Below the pieces are notes generated by a model that did not search any database, was not told the DNA's origin, and saw nothing but the letters and a program-made list of their open reading frames with translations. Positions 43,051 to 53,346 of a stretch of 64,000 bases of DNA are shown here, one piece after another. The DNA is from Candidatus Bathyarchaeota archaeon (GTDB lineage: Archaea > Thermoproteota > Bathyarchaeia > Bathyarchaeales > Bathycorpusculaceae). The position numbers were made by a program, and so were the translations under genes. Each line of letters opens with the position of its first letter. The stretch's first letter is position 1. The stretch is from contig CAWHVC010000005.1 of the NCBI GenBank assembly GCA_963832745.1, positions 1 to 64,000 of the forward strand. The letters run 5' to 3'.

Positions 43051-45183
43051 TTAAGTGGGAGTTTGCCGGATTTCGCTGCCGCCGTTTGAGTAGATAACGT
43101 TTGTTTGATTAAGTATAGTGTTTAAGGTGCCGTTCCACGCTTGGGGTTCATAGTTGATGCTTATGTAGCTTAAGTAAATGTATTCTTCAGAATGTAGCAC
43201 AGTGTCGTTTCTAAGTTCTGTTACGTACCCACGGTACACTAGGCCATATGCCGTCAATGACGTAAATAGCCCGTTGTCTGCCGTTATGTTGTTCTGGTAA
43301 GGCACATTTGAATGAAGCCACACTGCACCTTGCACGCTAAAGTCATCAATGTAACCGAAGTCGCCGTACAATCGCAATGGATTCATGCGGTAACCACTTA
43401 ACGGAATTGACCAACTGTCAGTTTTAGCGGCTTCATACACAAAATTGGTTTGGAACAAGAAATAAGGCACCAAAATAACAACAACTAGTAAAGCCACCAT
43501 TAAGGGACGTTCTTTTTTGGTTAAGAACTTTACAAACATCCAAATGCCGACAATGCAGAAAGGCGCAAGCAGCATCAAAAGAATGTGGTAAAACCGAGTC
43601 ATGTTAAGCGTGTTTGCCAAGCCGGGAACTATGGTTAACGCCGCCAATATTGCCATGGCGACCAAAGCGAAGACTGCATAGTCACGGTCGAAACTAAACT
43701 TGGTTTTGCGTGTGATTAAACCCACAATTCCGATGAGGATGAAGAGTTCGGTTAGGTAGGCAAAGCCGCGGCTTACAGTGTTAAGCAGTGAAGGAGATTC
43801 AGCTAAACCTAACCCAGTTAGAACCGCTGAGCCTCGAGATAACGGGTTAAAAAAGTCGCCTAACTGGCTATACACGTAATTAGTGAAGGTTACGAAACTG
43901 TCGAAAACGATTGAACCTGAAGTGAAAATGTACCAGCCAAACATGGCGACAAAAAAGAACACAATCATGCCAAGCTGCAGGTTAACGCTGGGGCGCCTAA
44001 AAAGCCACATGGATGCTGCCCAAGCAGTAAAAATCAGTACCAAAAAAATTTCAGAAAGCGCGTAATGCGAAAAAATGAGACCAAAGCCAAAAATCATGAA
44101 AGCAAAATATTTTGTTTGCATTTTTATTTGTTTGTTAAGCAGCACCATGAAGAGCAGGACAAAAAAGAGTTCGGCGATTAATTGTCGGCTTAACGCCATC
44201 ATTTCTGTATAAAAGGTAGATTGTGCCATAAACAGGAAAGCGGCAAGGAAAGCGTATTTTTTGCCGATGTATGGCTTCCAAAGCATGTATAAAGCGACGG
44301 GCAGAAAAGCAAAGATTATGGGGTAAATGATTTTGTAAACCCATGTTGGGTCTAAGCCTAGCATGTTTGAGTAAACTGTCGGTAGAACGGTTACGCTGAG
44401 CATTGCGTTCATTCTGCCCAATGGTTGATCGCCGACTGCAAACGGAAGCACAGGGGACCAGTAAGAGTTCATTTGGGCATTTCTGAAAACAAACAGTTCA
44501 ACCGGCGAATCGCCGCCGTATGGCACAATGTAGCCAGATATAAGAGAGAAATGAAACAGCAAAGCCAAAGCAATCATGAAGATGGCTACAGGATAAACTT
44601 TGCCAAGGCCCGGCCGGTTAAGGAATGCAAGGGCAACAAAAAGCAAGCTTACAATGGATATCATAAGCATTAGGATGCTACTGTTACCGTTTAAATTCAC
44701 AAAGTAAGCGCCGATTATGCTTAGAATTGGCAGAAAAACTAGAATTAGCGCCCAAGGCGAAAAAGAGTTCTTTTCGGCAGAGTTTTGCGGCGGAATTGTT
44801 GGTTGTTGCTGGAATTGTGCGATTGCGGCTCCAATAAGAATCAAACTGTTCAAGAATAATGAGATAGGTAAAGTTGAAAGCGGCATGTTTAATCCAAAAC
44901 TTGCTCCGAAACTGTTGATTATTAAGCCCGCAATCATCAAAAATGCAAGACTGAAACCTAAAGCAAAAAGAGCGGACTCAACAACGTTTAGCCTATCAAG
45001 TTTTAACAGTTTAAGAGCAACAAAACCGGGAATGAAAGTTAAGTAAGCAATTCCAACGATTATGCGGATGAGCGGCAAATCAGCGAATAAGGCAAAATAC
45101 ATTACGAACTGCAGCACAAACACGACTGCAAAAAAATGCTGCGAAAACTTGCGTTGATAAAGCTCCAAAACGTCGGTCTCCAA
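43051..45183 (-). CDS. DUF2206 multi-pass membrane protein (GT-C/polymerase-like)
   Basis: TFIPG, NAMLSVTVLP, RQLIAELF, SHY, RFYHI, IYSNG. Confidence 0.85.
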   Translation of the reverse strand: METDVLELYQRKFSQHFFAVVFVLQFVMYFALFADLPLIRIIVGIAYLTFIPGFVALKLLKLDRLNVVESALFALGFSLAFLMIAGLIINSFGASFGLNMPLSTLPISLFLNSLILIGAAIAQFQQQPTIPPQNSAEKNSFSPWALILVFLPILSIIGAYFVNLNGNSSILMLMISIVSLLFVALAFLNRPGLGKVYPVAIFMIALALLFHFSLISGYIVPYGGDSPVELFVFRNAQMNSYWSPVLPFAVGDQPLGRMNAMLSVTVLPTVYSNMLGLDPTWVYKIIYPIIFAFLPVALYMLWKPYIGKKYAFLAAFLFMAQSTFYTEMMALSRQLIAELFFVLLFMVLLNKQIKMQTKYFAFMIFGFGLIFSHYALSEIFLVLIFTAWAASMWLFRRPSVNLQLGMIVFFFVAMFGWYIFTSGSIVFDSFVTFTNYVYSQLGDFFNPLSRGSAVLTGLGLAESPSLLNTVSRGFAYLTELFILIGIVGLITRKTKFSFDRDYAVFALVAMAILAALTIVPGLANTLNMTRFYHILLMLLAPFCIVGIWMFVKFLTKKERPLMVALLVVVILVPYFLFQTNFVYEAAKTDSWSIPLSGYRMNPLRLYGDFGYIDDFSVQGAVWLHSNVPYQNNITADNGLFTSLTAYGLVYRGYVTELRNDTVLHSEEYIYLSYISINYEPQAWNGTLNTILNQTNVIYSNGGSEIRQTPT

Positions 45184-45189
45184 CTGCTT

Positions 45190-46377
45190 TTAAATTATTG
45201 AACGGTAAACCTGCGCCATTTTTGGTGCAACCGCGCGGATGTCGTATCCTTGTACTGTTTGGGCTCCGTTAAAAGCCAGTCTTTCTCTTAACTGCTTGTC
45301 ACGTAACAGACTGATAATTGCTAAAGAAAGGGCTTCTACGTTCTGAGGCTTCACTAAAAGACCATTTTCACCATGAGTTATGGTTTCAGTCATTATGCCA
45401 AAATCGGGTGCTATAACCGCTAAACCAGCTGACCATGCTTCCAGAGTTGCAATGTAACCGAAATTTGTGGCGATAAAGATGTTGCTGCTCCACAAAAACT
45501 TGGGCACATCCGTCTGTTTGCCCATCAACAGCACGGTACCGTCAAGATTTAACTCGTGCACAAGCTGTTTTAACTTTTCAAAAATGCTTCCGTAACCGAT
45601 AACGTGCAGTTTAGCATTTGGAAACTCTTTATGCACACTCTCAAAAGCACGAATCGGCAAATCGGGGTTAGTTACAGGTTCAAGCCTGCCAACATAAATA
45701 ACAATTTCACCGTCTGCGCTGTCGGAACCAATGGGGTTCTTAAAGCGAGGGGTATCGACAAAATTTGTTATGTGGTGACTTTTGCTTTCTAAACCCATCT
45801 CCTGTAGGGTGCCGAGGACTTCTTTGGAATACGTAGTTATTGCAGCGGCGTCGTTGAAGAGAATGTCTTTGACTGGTGTTGATTTTAAGGGCATTCCACC
45901 ATGCAGTGGGTTACCAACAAAACTACCGTGCAGAGTGAGAACCAGCGGCTTATGGAAGTGTTGACTAAGGTAAATGCCTAATTTAATGTATTCCAGGTCA
46001 GCCCAGATGCCGTGAATATGAAAAATGTCTGCTGTCTGCGCTGTTTTCCATCGTATGGCTTCATTGCAGAGGCTTGCAAGTTTTAATTCGTTAAGATATT
46101 TTGGTTGACGTTTAACAGCGTACATGAAAAAACCGTTAACTAAATCTATAGGACGTGGTCCAAGCCGGTAAACTTTGATGTAGCCAGCGTCTTCAACTTT
46201 TTTGATGTTTTTAGTTATAAACAGAATTTGGGTTCGACCCGTAATCAGAGAAAAATCGATTTGTTGACTCTTTGATAAGTAGTTGGATAAACCCATAATG
46301 TAGCGTTCTAAGCCGCCAATTTCTATAGGCCAAAAACGTTCCCAAACGTGACAAACATGCAAACATAAAAACCTCAA
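45190..46377 (-). CDS. Glycosyltransferase family 4
   Basis: GGLERY, YVGRL, LEAWSAG. Confidence 0.9.
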   Translation of the reverse strand: MRFLCLHVCHVWERFWPIEIGGLERYIMGLSNYLSKSQQIDFSLITGRTQILFITKNIKKVEDAGYIKVYRLGPRPIDLVNGFFMYAVKRQPKYLNELKLASLCNEAIRWKTAQTADIFHIHGIWADLEYIKLGIYLSQHFHKPLVLTLHGSFVGNPLHGGMPLKSTPVKDILFNDAAAITTYSKEVLGTLQEMGLESKSHHITNFVDTPRFKNPIGSDSADGEIVIYVGRLEPVTNPDLPIRAFESVHKEFPNAKLHVIGYGSIFEKLKQLVHELNLDGTVLLMGKQTDVPKFLWSSNIFIATNFGYIATLEAWSAGLAVIAPDFGIMTETITHGENGLLVKPQNVEALSLAIISLLRDKQLRERLAFNGAQTVQGYDIRAVAPKMAQVYRSII

Positions 46378-47480
46378 CTATCTGCGTATCTTGAAAAAAG
46401 CTCCATAAATCTGTGCGAAAAATTATTTATTGAAAACTGTTCAGCTATCAGCTTAGGCTCTACGGTTTTGTCTTCTGACCAATCAGCAATTGCCAAATTA
46501 ATTTTATCTGCAGCCTGCTCAATGGTTTCATAACGGTTTTGGGCTGGAACAAACTCTACCATGCCGCCTGAGTTATGACTAACGGGGATGCAGCCTGACG
46601 CCATGGCTTCAACAATGGAAATCCCAAAATGTTCCCCAACCATCGTATGCAAATAAACTTTGGCGGTTGCCAACATTTTGAGTTTCTGTTCTGCTGGAAG
46701 GTCAGGATAAAACTTTACGCGCTCGGTTAAATCAAGCTTTTTAACTTGAGACTGCAGACGATCAAGAGTGGCTCTGTCATAAAGCCGCCCAATTACGGCA
46801 AACTTAGTTTTGTTGCTTGTTTTTTCAGCAATTTTCGGGATATTTTCAAGTTTTTTGTTTTGCTCGAACCGCGAAGTTGTCACGACGAGGTCCTGTTTTT
46901 CTTTGGCTGGAATGTTTTTGATGCTTGAAGTGAAAGGTGGGTAAAGCACTGGAACACGTTTTCCTGAAAACTCTTCAATTTCTTTGGCAGTATAGTGGCT
47001 GTTTGCTAAAACAAGTTTGTCGTCATAGCGGGCAAGGTTTTTTTCCAGCAATACTTGAGGCAAGGCGCCGACTTCAGTATGGTGCGGACTTAACAAGTAA
47101 GGGAACCGTGTTCGGTAAGCGTAATGGTTCAGGGTTGGAAAATGGATGTAACACACGTTTGTCCATGGAAAAACGCTGTTTGAGTAGGGGTCAATGAAAG
47201 TGGCGATTTTTGATTTGGCGATGTATGAGCGAAAGATTGTTTGGTAGAAACCCATGATTCCTTTGATGTTTAAGTTAGTTGGCTGCGTGACCGCCGCAAT
47301 TTTAGGTTGCAAAGTTTCGCCGAAAAAGCCGCTAATGGCTTTTGGGTTTACTGGTTTTGTGGTAAACAATGTCACTTCAAAGCCTTTCTCAGCGAGCGTG
47401 TTGGCGATGGCTACGGCAACGAATTCTCCGCCGCCGTAATTGTGCAAGGTTGGGCAGAATATGCCGACAGTTTTTGCCAT
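46374..47480 (-). CDS. Glycosyltransferase family 4 (ALG11-like)
   Basis: GGGE, NSHYT, EHFGISIVEAMASG. Confidence 0.9.
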   Translation of the reverse strand: MAKTVGIFCPTLHNYGGGEFVAVAIANTLAEKGFEVTLFTTKPVNPKAISGFFGETLQPKIAAVTQPTNLNIKGIMGFYQTIFRSYIAKSKIATFIDPYSNSVFPWTNVCYIHFPTLNHYAYRTRFPYLLSPHHTEVGALPQVLLEKNLARYDDKLVLANSHYTAKEIEEFSGKRVPVLYPPFTSSIKNIPAKEKQDLVVTTSRFEQNKKLENIPKIAEKTSNKTKFAVIGRLYDRATLDRLQSQVKKLDLTERVKFYPDLPAEQKLKMLATAKVYLHTMVGEHFGISIVEAMASGCIPVSHNSGGMVEFVPAQNRYETIEQAADKINLAIADWSEDKTVEPKLIAEQFSINNFSHRFMELFSRYADS

Positions 47481-47490
47481 GACTAAGCCC

Positions 47491-48246
47491 TTACGCGGCT
47501 GTTTTTTGGGCTATAAGGCCAATGTTTGCCCCGAAAAAGCGCCATGACTTCTTGTTTTCCAGCGAGTTAGAAACCAATGTGACTACTTTGCTGAGGTGGA
47601 AGAAACTGGTTATTTTTGGGTGCAAATGCACGTAGTCAGTTCCTTTAATATCGATGATGGTTAAGCGTTCAGAGTTTACGAGCCTTTTAACTTTAGGATA
47701 ATGAAAAATGTACTCTTTCTCTACGCTTAAGAATCGTTGTACATATTTTGGTTGCCCCATAACTTTGAAAAACACAACCTCAAAAAATAGGCTGCTAAGC
47801 AGGTTAGGCACGGTTATGCAAATGTATCCCGATTGGTCAATTATTCTTGCAAACTCGTGAAACGCTTTCTCATGCCCCTCAATGTGCTCCAGCACTTCAG
47901 AAGAAACAATCATGTCTTGGCTACGATCAACAAACGGCAGAAACCTTGCGTCACTAACCACAAATTCGACATTATTTTGGACCCCGTATTGTTTGGTTAA
48001 GGTTTTAGCTTCCAAGATGGCGCTTTTTGAAATGTCCAGTCCAATGGCTTCGCCTCCGTTTCTGGCAACATGCATGCAGAAAACGCCAATGCCGCAACCG
48101 ACTTCCAGCACCCGTTTGTCCTTAAAGCTGGTTACAGGTTTTATCATTTTCAGAAGAAGCTGGTACCAGGGGTCGGTTAGGTTTATTTTGTGGTCAAACC
48201 ATGTCAAAAATTTTTCGTCTGCTTGACTAATTGTTTTTTGAACCAT
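47491..48246 (-). CDS. Class I SAM-dependent methyltransferase
   Basis: VLEVGCGIG, EVLEH, ITVPN. Confidence 0.9.
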   Translation of the reverse strand: MVQKTISQADEKFLTWFDHKINLTDPWYQLLLKMIKPVTSFKDKRVLEVGCGIGVFCMHVARNGGEAIGLDISKSAILEAKTLTKQYGVQNNVEFVVSDARFLPFVDRSQDMIVSSEVLEHIEGHEKAFHEFARIIDQSGYICITVPNLLSSLFFEVVFFKVMGQPKYVQRFLSVEKEYIFHYPKVKRLVNSERLTIIDIKGTDYVHLHPKITSFFHLSKVVTLVSNSLENKKSWRFFGANIGLIAQKTAA

Positions 48247-48262
48247 AAAAAATCAGAACCAT

Positions 48263-49123
48263 TTAATGTAGTGCGCCTTTAAGGTAGCCGAGGCACCAAG
48301 CGCTGAGTTTGAAAACAAACTGGAAGGGTAACAAGAAATTTTTTTTCTCATACGTTAATCGGTAGGCGATGAAGGCACGTTTTAGTCCCGCAGCAAACCC
48401 AGCTACGGGCGTCATTTCGTAAAGTGTTACAAGGTTTGGGTTAGCCCTGCAGGCTTCATGCAAACCGTAGCCCCAGTTGAAGTATTTATTCCACAGTTTT
48501 CGCCAGCTGGTTCGGGGATACTCGTAAAAGATGGCGAGGCTGCGTTCAAGTTCCCAGCCTGCGGCACCGATTTTGGATGATGCATCATGGTCTTCGCCGG
48601 CAAAACGGAGCCGATGGTCAAAGCAGCCTACGCCCTTAAGAGCTTGGGTTCGGTAGATACTGCCGCCTGTTCCGCATTCGTAACGGTAATTTTCGCTAAC
48701 AAAAGACATGTTTTCGAGGGAAGCAACAAGGTTCGCGTCTTGAATTATGCCGTAAATGCCTTTGGCGATGCCGACTTTGCGGTTTTGCTCCATAAAACGG
48801 TACTGTTCCTCAATGAAACTGTCGGAGAGCACCATGTCGCAGTCTACCCAAACAATGTATTTTCCTTCAGCGTTCCGTGCAACTGTGTTTCTTGCTTCTG
48901 CGATGCCTTGCCAACGGTGACGCAAAATCCGCACATTCATATCCATTCCAAGCGCCAAACCGCGGACGACATTAAGCGTTCCATCCACACTGCCATCATC
49001 AACGATTATGACTTCAATTTGGTTGTGGGGAAAGCCTTGTGCCATTACACTTTTTAGGGCTCGCCCGATGGTGTGGGCACCGTTTTTTACGCAGATGCCA
49101 ACGGTTACAGCGTAACTCACCAA
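48263..49123 (-). CDS. Glycosyltransferase family 2
   Basis: VDDGSVD, WVDCD, GED. Confidence 0.9.
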   Translation of the reverse strand: MVSYAVTVGICVKNGAHTIGRALKSVMAQGFPHNQIEVIIVDDGSVDGTLNVVRGLALGMDMNVRILRHRWQGIAEARNTVARNAEGKYIVWVDCDMVLSDSFIEEQYRFMEQNRKVGIAKGIYGIIQDANLVASLENMSFVSENYRYECGTGGSIYRTQALKGVGCFDHRLRFAGEDHDASSKIGAAGWELERSLAIFYEYPRTSWRKLWNKYFNWGYGLHEACRANPNLVTLYEMTPVAGFAAGLKRAFIAYRLTYEKKNFLLPFQFVFKLSAWCLGYLKGALH

Positions 49124-49136
49124 ATCGCTCTCCGTT

Positions 49137-50039
49137 TTAGGTTTGTCTGCGGCTTTTCAGAAACCCCAAAAACCATGCAACTCGTTTGAATACGTAATGA
49201 AAAGGCAGCAGCACAGCAGTTTTCTGTCGAGTTAACCGGTAAGCTTCAGGCACACGTCTAAGTTCAGCCAACACCGCCACCGGCGGCAACATTTTACCGA
49301 TGTTAACCATATCACGATTCTTGTTAAGCAGCGACCGAAAACCGTAGCCGTGCCAAAAATATTCATCCCAAAGTGACCGCCAAGAATCCCTGCGGCGTTC
49401 AACAAAAACGGCGTCTGTAACGTACAGTTTCCAGCCGCTGTTATGCACACGGTATTCGGCGTCCATGTCTTCTCCTACGCCTCGAAAGTTGATGTCAAAA
49501 CCGCCCGCTTGACGGATGGCTTTTACTCGGTAGATGCAGCCGGATGTGCCGAGGTATTTGAGGTTGGTTTCTCCTTCAAAGCGGTAGTTGATTAGGAACT
49601 CCATGTTTTCTAGGGAGGCAACTAGTTTAGCGTTTTTGTCCATGCCGTATTGCGCTTTTCCGATGCCAACGTGAGGGTTTGAATCCATGAAGTTAACTTG
49701 TTTGCGGACAAAATCTGAGGGTAGTTCCATATCGCCATCTACCCAGATTACGTATGCTCCAGCGGCGTTTTCGACTACTGTCTGGCGTGCCTGGCCTAAG
49801 CCGTGGTTTTCTGAGAAGAAACGGGTTTGCAGCGCCGTAGTTGTTAGGCAAGTCTTTATTGTTTCTACTGTTTGGTCTCTGCTTGAGCCGTCTACAACCA
49901 GAAGCTCCATTTGGCCGGCGGGGTAATCTTGGGAAAGGATGCTGTTTACGGCGGCTTTTACTGTTGCTTCAGAATTTTTTACGCACAACCCTACAGTGAC
50001 TCTAACGCCAAAAGCTTCTTCAGCCATTTTGTGATGCAC
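49137..50039 (-). CDS. Glycosyltransferase family 2 (paralog of neighbour)
   Basis: VTVGLCVKN, WVDGD, GED; clearly similar to 48263..49123. Confidence 0.9.
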   Translation of the reverse strand: MHHKMAEEAFGVRVTVGLCVKNSEATVKAAVNSILSQDYPAGQMELLVVDGSSRDQTVETIKTCLTTTALQTRFFSENHGLGQARQTVVENAAGAYVIWVDGDMELPSDFVRKQVNFMDSNPHVGIGKAQYGMDKNAKLVASLENMEFLINYRFEGETNLKYLGTSGCIYRVKAIRQAGGFDINFRGVGEDMDAEYRVHNSGWKLYVTDAVFVERRRDSWRSLWDEYFWHGYGFRSLLNKNRDMVNIGKMLPPVAVLAELRRVPEAYRLTRQKTAVLLPFHYVFKRVAWFLGFLKSRRQT

Positions 50040-50041
50040 GC

Positions 50042-51205
50042 CTAAATTAAACCGTAAAAAGACAGGTTTGCCTCGTTAAGCCACATGCGGTCTTCAGGTT
50101 TTGCCCAAACGCTGAATTTTTTGCCAAACAAGACGGCAAAGATGGAGACAAAAAGTAGAAGGTTGTTTTCTACGAGTTGATAAGTGTAGAATCTAACTTG
50201 CGGAATAAGTAGAAGCCCAAACGTAACAAGCAGTAATGGGTACAATGCAATTAGGTATCCGGTTAAACCGAGAAAAACAAGAAACGCAACAGGCGAGAAA
50301 AGGTAAAGCATAGTGTTGGGGACAACAGTTGCTCTGGCGCTTTTGGCTTTCCCATCAACAAGCAAACTCAGATACCGCGAGAAAACATGCACAAGCTGAA
50401 TTGTTCTTCGCAGTTTAATGCTAATTTTGCCCCGAAACGTTGCTGGAAAACTGCTGTAAAACTTGGCATCCACAACAAGCATTGCCCTGAAATCGTGCTC
50501 AATAACGCTTAGCACTGTGCCGCAGTCGTCTGAACCAGTTTGGTATGGGTCAAAACGTTCAAGTGCTTCACGTCTAAAAGCGCTAAAGCCGCCCTCAAAA
50601 AACAGTGTTGACCCAGCTTTAGATTCACCCAACCTTAGCATGTTGGCTGATTTGAGGTAGCCTTGTTCCATGCGGGTTATCCATGTTTGGTCTTTGTTGA
50701 AGAGGATTTTTGGTCCTCCGATTGCGCCGACTGTAGGGTCTGCAAGGTATGGGAGTGCTTTTGTTAAGATGTCTTTTGGCCAGAAACAGTCCGCGTCAGA
50801 AATGACTATGATGTCGCCGGTGCATTGTGAAAGTGCAGTGTTTAAGGCATGTGATTTGCCTTTTCTTTGCTGCTCCGAAATGAACGTTACTTTTAACTGG
50901 GGATTTTGTTTTGTGAATCCTTCAACGATTTGAGGTGTGCCGTCACTGGAGTTACTGTCTACGACAATTATTTCCATCAGTTCTTGAGGGTATAAGAGAC
51001 GGCTTGTGTTTGCCAGTTTGTACTTGATTATTTCTGCTTCGTTATAGGTTGGGATGATGATGGACACTTTAGGGGAGTAGTTGTCGTCGATTTTGGTTGG
51101 CCAAGCAGCTTTAGATTTTTGTTTCATATACAGGTAAATGAAGGCAGGGGGAGCAAAAGCTAAGACCCCGAAAAGTAGCCAAAATATCAAAAGAAGAAAT
51201 GGCAT
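50042..51205 (-). CDS. Membrane GT2 glycosyltransferase
   Basis: N- and C-terminal TMs, IIPTYNE, GKSHALN, SDAD. Confidence 0.9.
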   Translation of the reverse strand: MPFLLLIFWLLFGVLAFAPPAFIYLYMKQKSKAAWPTKIDDNYSPKVSIIIPTYNEAEIIKYKLANTSRLLYPQELMEIIVVDSNSSDGTPQIVEGFTKQNPQLKVTFISEQQRKGKSHALNTALSQCTGDIIVISDADCFWPKDILTKALPYLADPTVGAIGGPKILFNKDQTWITRMEQGYLKSANMLRLGESKAGSTLFFEGGFSAFRREALERFDPYQTGSDDCGTVLSVIEHDFRAMLVVDAKFYSSFPATFRGKISIKLRRTIQLVHVFSRYLSLLVDGKAKSARATVVPNTMLYLFSPVAFLVFLGLTGYLIALYPLLLVTFGLLLIPQVRFYTYQLVENNLLLFVSIFAVLFGKKFSVWAKPEDRMWLNEANLSFYGLI

Positions 51206-51250
51206 AGATTCGCCTTAGACTGTTTTTTAACGTACTTTTGAGGCAATTCA

Positions 51251-51327
51251 GCGTCAATAGACCTACCCCCTATAGGTTTTTGCATAGAACTGCTATTAGG
51301 ACCCTAATAGGCGCCTAATAGGTTGGC
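51251..51327 (+). repeat. Dispersed repeat copy D
   Basis: GCGTCAATAGACCTACCCCCTATAGGTTTTTGCATAGAACTGCTATTAGGACCCTAATAGGCGCCTAATAGGTTGGC. Confidence 0.8.
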
Positions 51328-52268
51328 TACTTTTCCAGAAACGGAGGCAAAACATCTCCTGAAACTGTCGTGTACGCTTTAACCAGACTTAACTGCAGAC
51401 CCCAAGACAGCGAATGCATACGGTGGCTGTAATGCGGAAATTCTCGTTTAACTTGCGCAAGCGTTATGCCGTCTTCAAATACGCCGATTCTTGAAACGTC
51501 ACCAAGTTGTTCTTTTGCGGCCAAATGCAGATACGGCACCCTCATCGGGTTAAAACCCATGACCTTCGCTGCGACATAATCAGTTGATAAAACATTATCG
51601 CCAGTCATAATTACTCCAAGCTTTTTGGGGCAGGAGCCACGGACGATTAAGCCGTCAACCACTGTGAGATGCGACTTCACAATTTTGTTTGCGGCAACTA
51701 TTACGTTGGTTATGTTTTTGTGGTAGGAGTATTTTCTTGGTTTTGCGATGGCGCCAAACATGTTTTTCATTCCAACGGTTGCCCCAACGAAATTGTGGGT
51801 TTTCAGTTTGGGTACGTTAATGATTAAGTCAGCGTTCAAAAAGTCCTCGTTAAAGGGCAACGTCAAATGCTGGTTGCCAACAGTGACAGTACGTTCAACA
51901 ACATCGCCTTCGCTTAGGTTCTTTAAGGGCACGCTGTGTTTTTCGCAAAGGTCTCTGTAGCCAAGGATTCCGAACGCAAACTTGGTTTTCATTGCTGAAG
52001 CGTCAGCCTCCGCCACGGTAATTGAGACGCCGTCAATTTTCTTTTTCAGGTAATCGATTACTGCACCCACGATTCTGCCATCGGTTGTTTCTCCTGTAGA
52101 AGCGTTCCAGTAATAGCACAGGTTTGGTTTAATGTAAACCGTTTTGATTTTGCTGAAATCATAGTCTAACTTATCAATCGACCGTGCAACCGCCGAATCT
52201 ATAGCCTCACCTAGAAAAGGCTGCTTAACAGAAGTTACTGTTACTTTCGCCATTTTTTTGTACTCCAT
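51327..52268 (-). CDS. DUF362-domain protein (paralog of 35903..36862)
   Basis: IKPNLCYYW, EADASAM, NVPKLKTH, MKNMFG. Confidence 0.88.
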   Translation of the reverse strand: MEYKKMAKVTVTSVKQPFLGEAIDSAVARSIDKLDYDFSKIKTVYIKPNLCYYWNASTGETTDGRIVGAVIDYLKKKIDGVSITVAEADASAMKTKFAFGILGYRDLCEKHSVPLKNLSEGDVVERTVTVGNQHLTLPFNEDFLNADLIINVPKLKTHNFVGATVGMKNMFGAIAKPRKYSYHKNITNVIVAANKIVKSHLTVVDGLIVRGSCPKKLGVIMTGDNVLSTDYVAAKVMGFNPMRVPYLHLAAKEQLGDVSRIGVFEDGITLAQVKREFPHYSHRMHSLSWGLQLSLVKAYTTVSGDVLPPFLEK

Positions 52269-53283
52269 TTTGTTTGTATGCGGATTCTATTATTCGCACC
52301 ACATCCAACTGTTGAGGTAAAGAAACCGGAAACTCTGAACCATTCTTAAGTGAATCAAAAAAGAGTCTCATTATCGTGTAAAATGATTCATAATAGTAGG
52401 TATAAGACAAATAGTTTGGTTTTTGGAAAGTGATTCTGCGTGCAATGTTTTTTACGCCTTCTTTAAAGGCGTTCATTTTTGCATCCGCTGGAATGTAACG
52501 GTCTGTTGAGTCAAAACCGACTGTGCCATGCAGGTTCAGCCGGAAGTTGAAGTCAGGAAAAATCGATTTTGAAAACCAACCAACATTCACTATACAATCT
52601 AAATCGCAATCTTTCGAATGTAACACAACAGTGCCGGCGTCCTCAACAGGCAAATTCATTTTGTGACCTAACTGGGAAAAGGAAACGGTAAAATCGCCGA
52701 GCATCCAAGTCAACAAATCTACAAGGTGGTAACCTAAATCCAGAAGCGCTCCGCCGCCAGCTAAATCCTTGTTTAGCCACCATTCAGGAACAGGAACAGG
52801 AACTGCTCCATGCGAAATAGGCCCGTTAAGCACCAGCTCTGATGTGGCAATAACTGTGTCACCAAGTTGACCGCTGTCGAGTTTTGCTTTAAGTTTTTGA
52901 ACACAAGGAAAATAACGGTAATTAACACCCACCATTAGACGCGTGCCGTTATGTTGGGCTTTATTCATTATCGCTTCTGCTTCCGCAAAACCTCGGGAAA
53001 ACGGTTTATCCAAAAAAACGTCAAGCCCTCGTTCTGAAGCATAAAAAACGCCGTCTTTTTTAAGGAAATTTGGCAAAGAAACAATTACTGCGTCAAGCTC
53101 TTCAGAATCTATCAGTTTTGTATAGTCATCATAGGTTCTTACGTGAAAACGTTCCGCGTAGGCACGGCTTTTTTTATCTTTGTCTGCGGCAGCAACCACT
53201 TTTACGCCGTCAACACGCATAGCGTTTAGCATGTGCAGTTGACCCATGTGGCCTAAACCGACCATTCCAATTTTTACAGTCAA
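52225..53283 (-). CDS. Gfo/Idh/MocA oxidoreductase (paralog of 34897..35883)
   Basis: GMVGLGHMG, DKP, PVPEWW, GGGALLDLGYH. Confidence 0.9.
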   Translation of the reverse strand: MTVKIGMVGLGHMGQLHMLNAMRVDGVKVVAAADKDKKSRAYAERFHVRTYDDYTKLIDSEELDAVIVSLPNFLKKDGVFYASERGLDVFLDKPFSRGFAEAEAIMNKAQHNGTRLMVGVNYRYFPCVQKLKAKLDSGQLGDTVIATSELVLNGPISHGAVPVPVPEWWLNKDLAGGGALLDLGYHLVDLLTWMLGDFTVSFSQLGHKMNLPVEDAGTVVLHSKDCDLDCIVNVGWFSKSIFPDFNFRLNLHGTVGFDSTDRYIPADAKMNAFKEGVKNIARRITFQKPNYLSYTYYYESFYTIMRLFFDSLKNGSEFPVSLPQQLDVVRIIESAYKQNGVQKNGESNSNFC

Positions 53284-53346
53284 AAAAACACCCTAAAAAA
53301 TACTAAACCTTAGAATCAGAAAAATAGAAACAAAAACATAAAAAAT

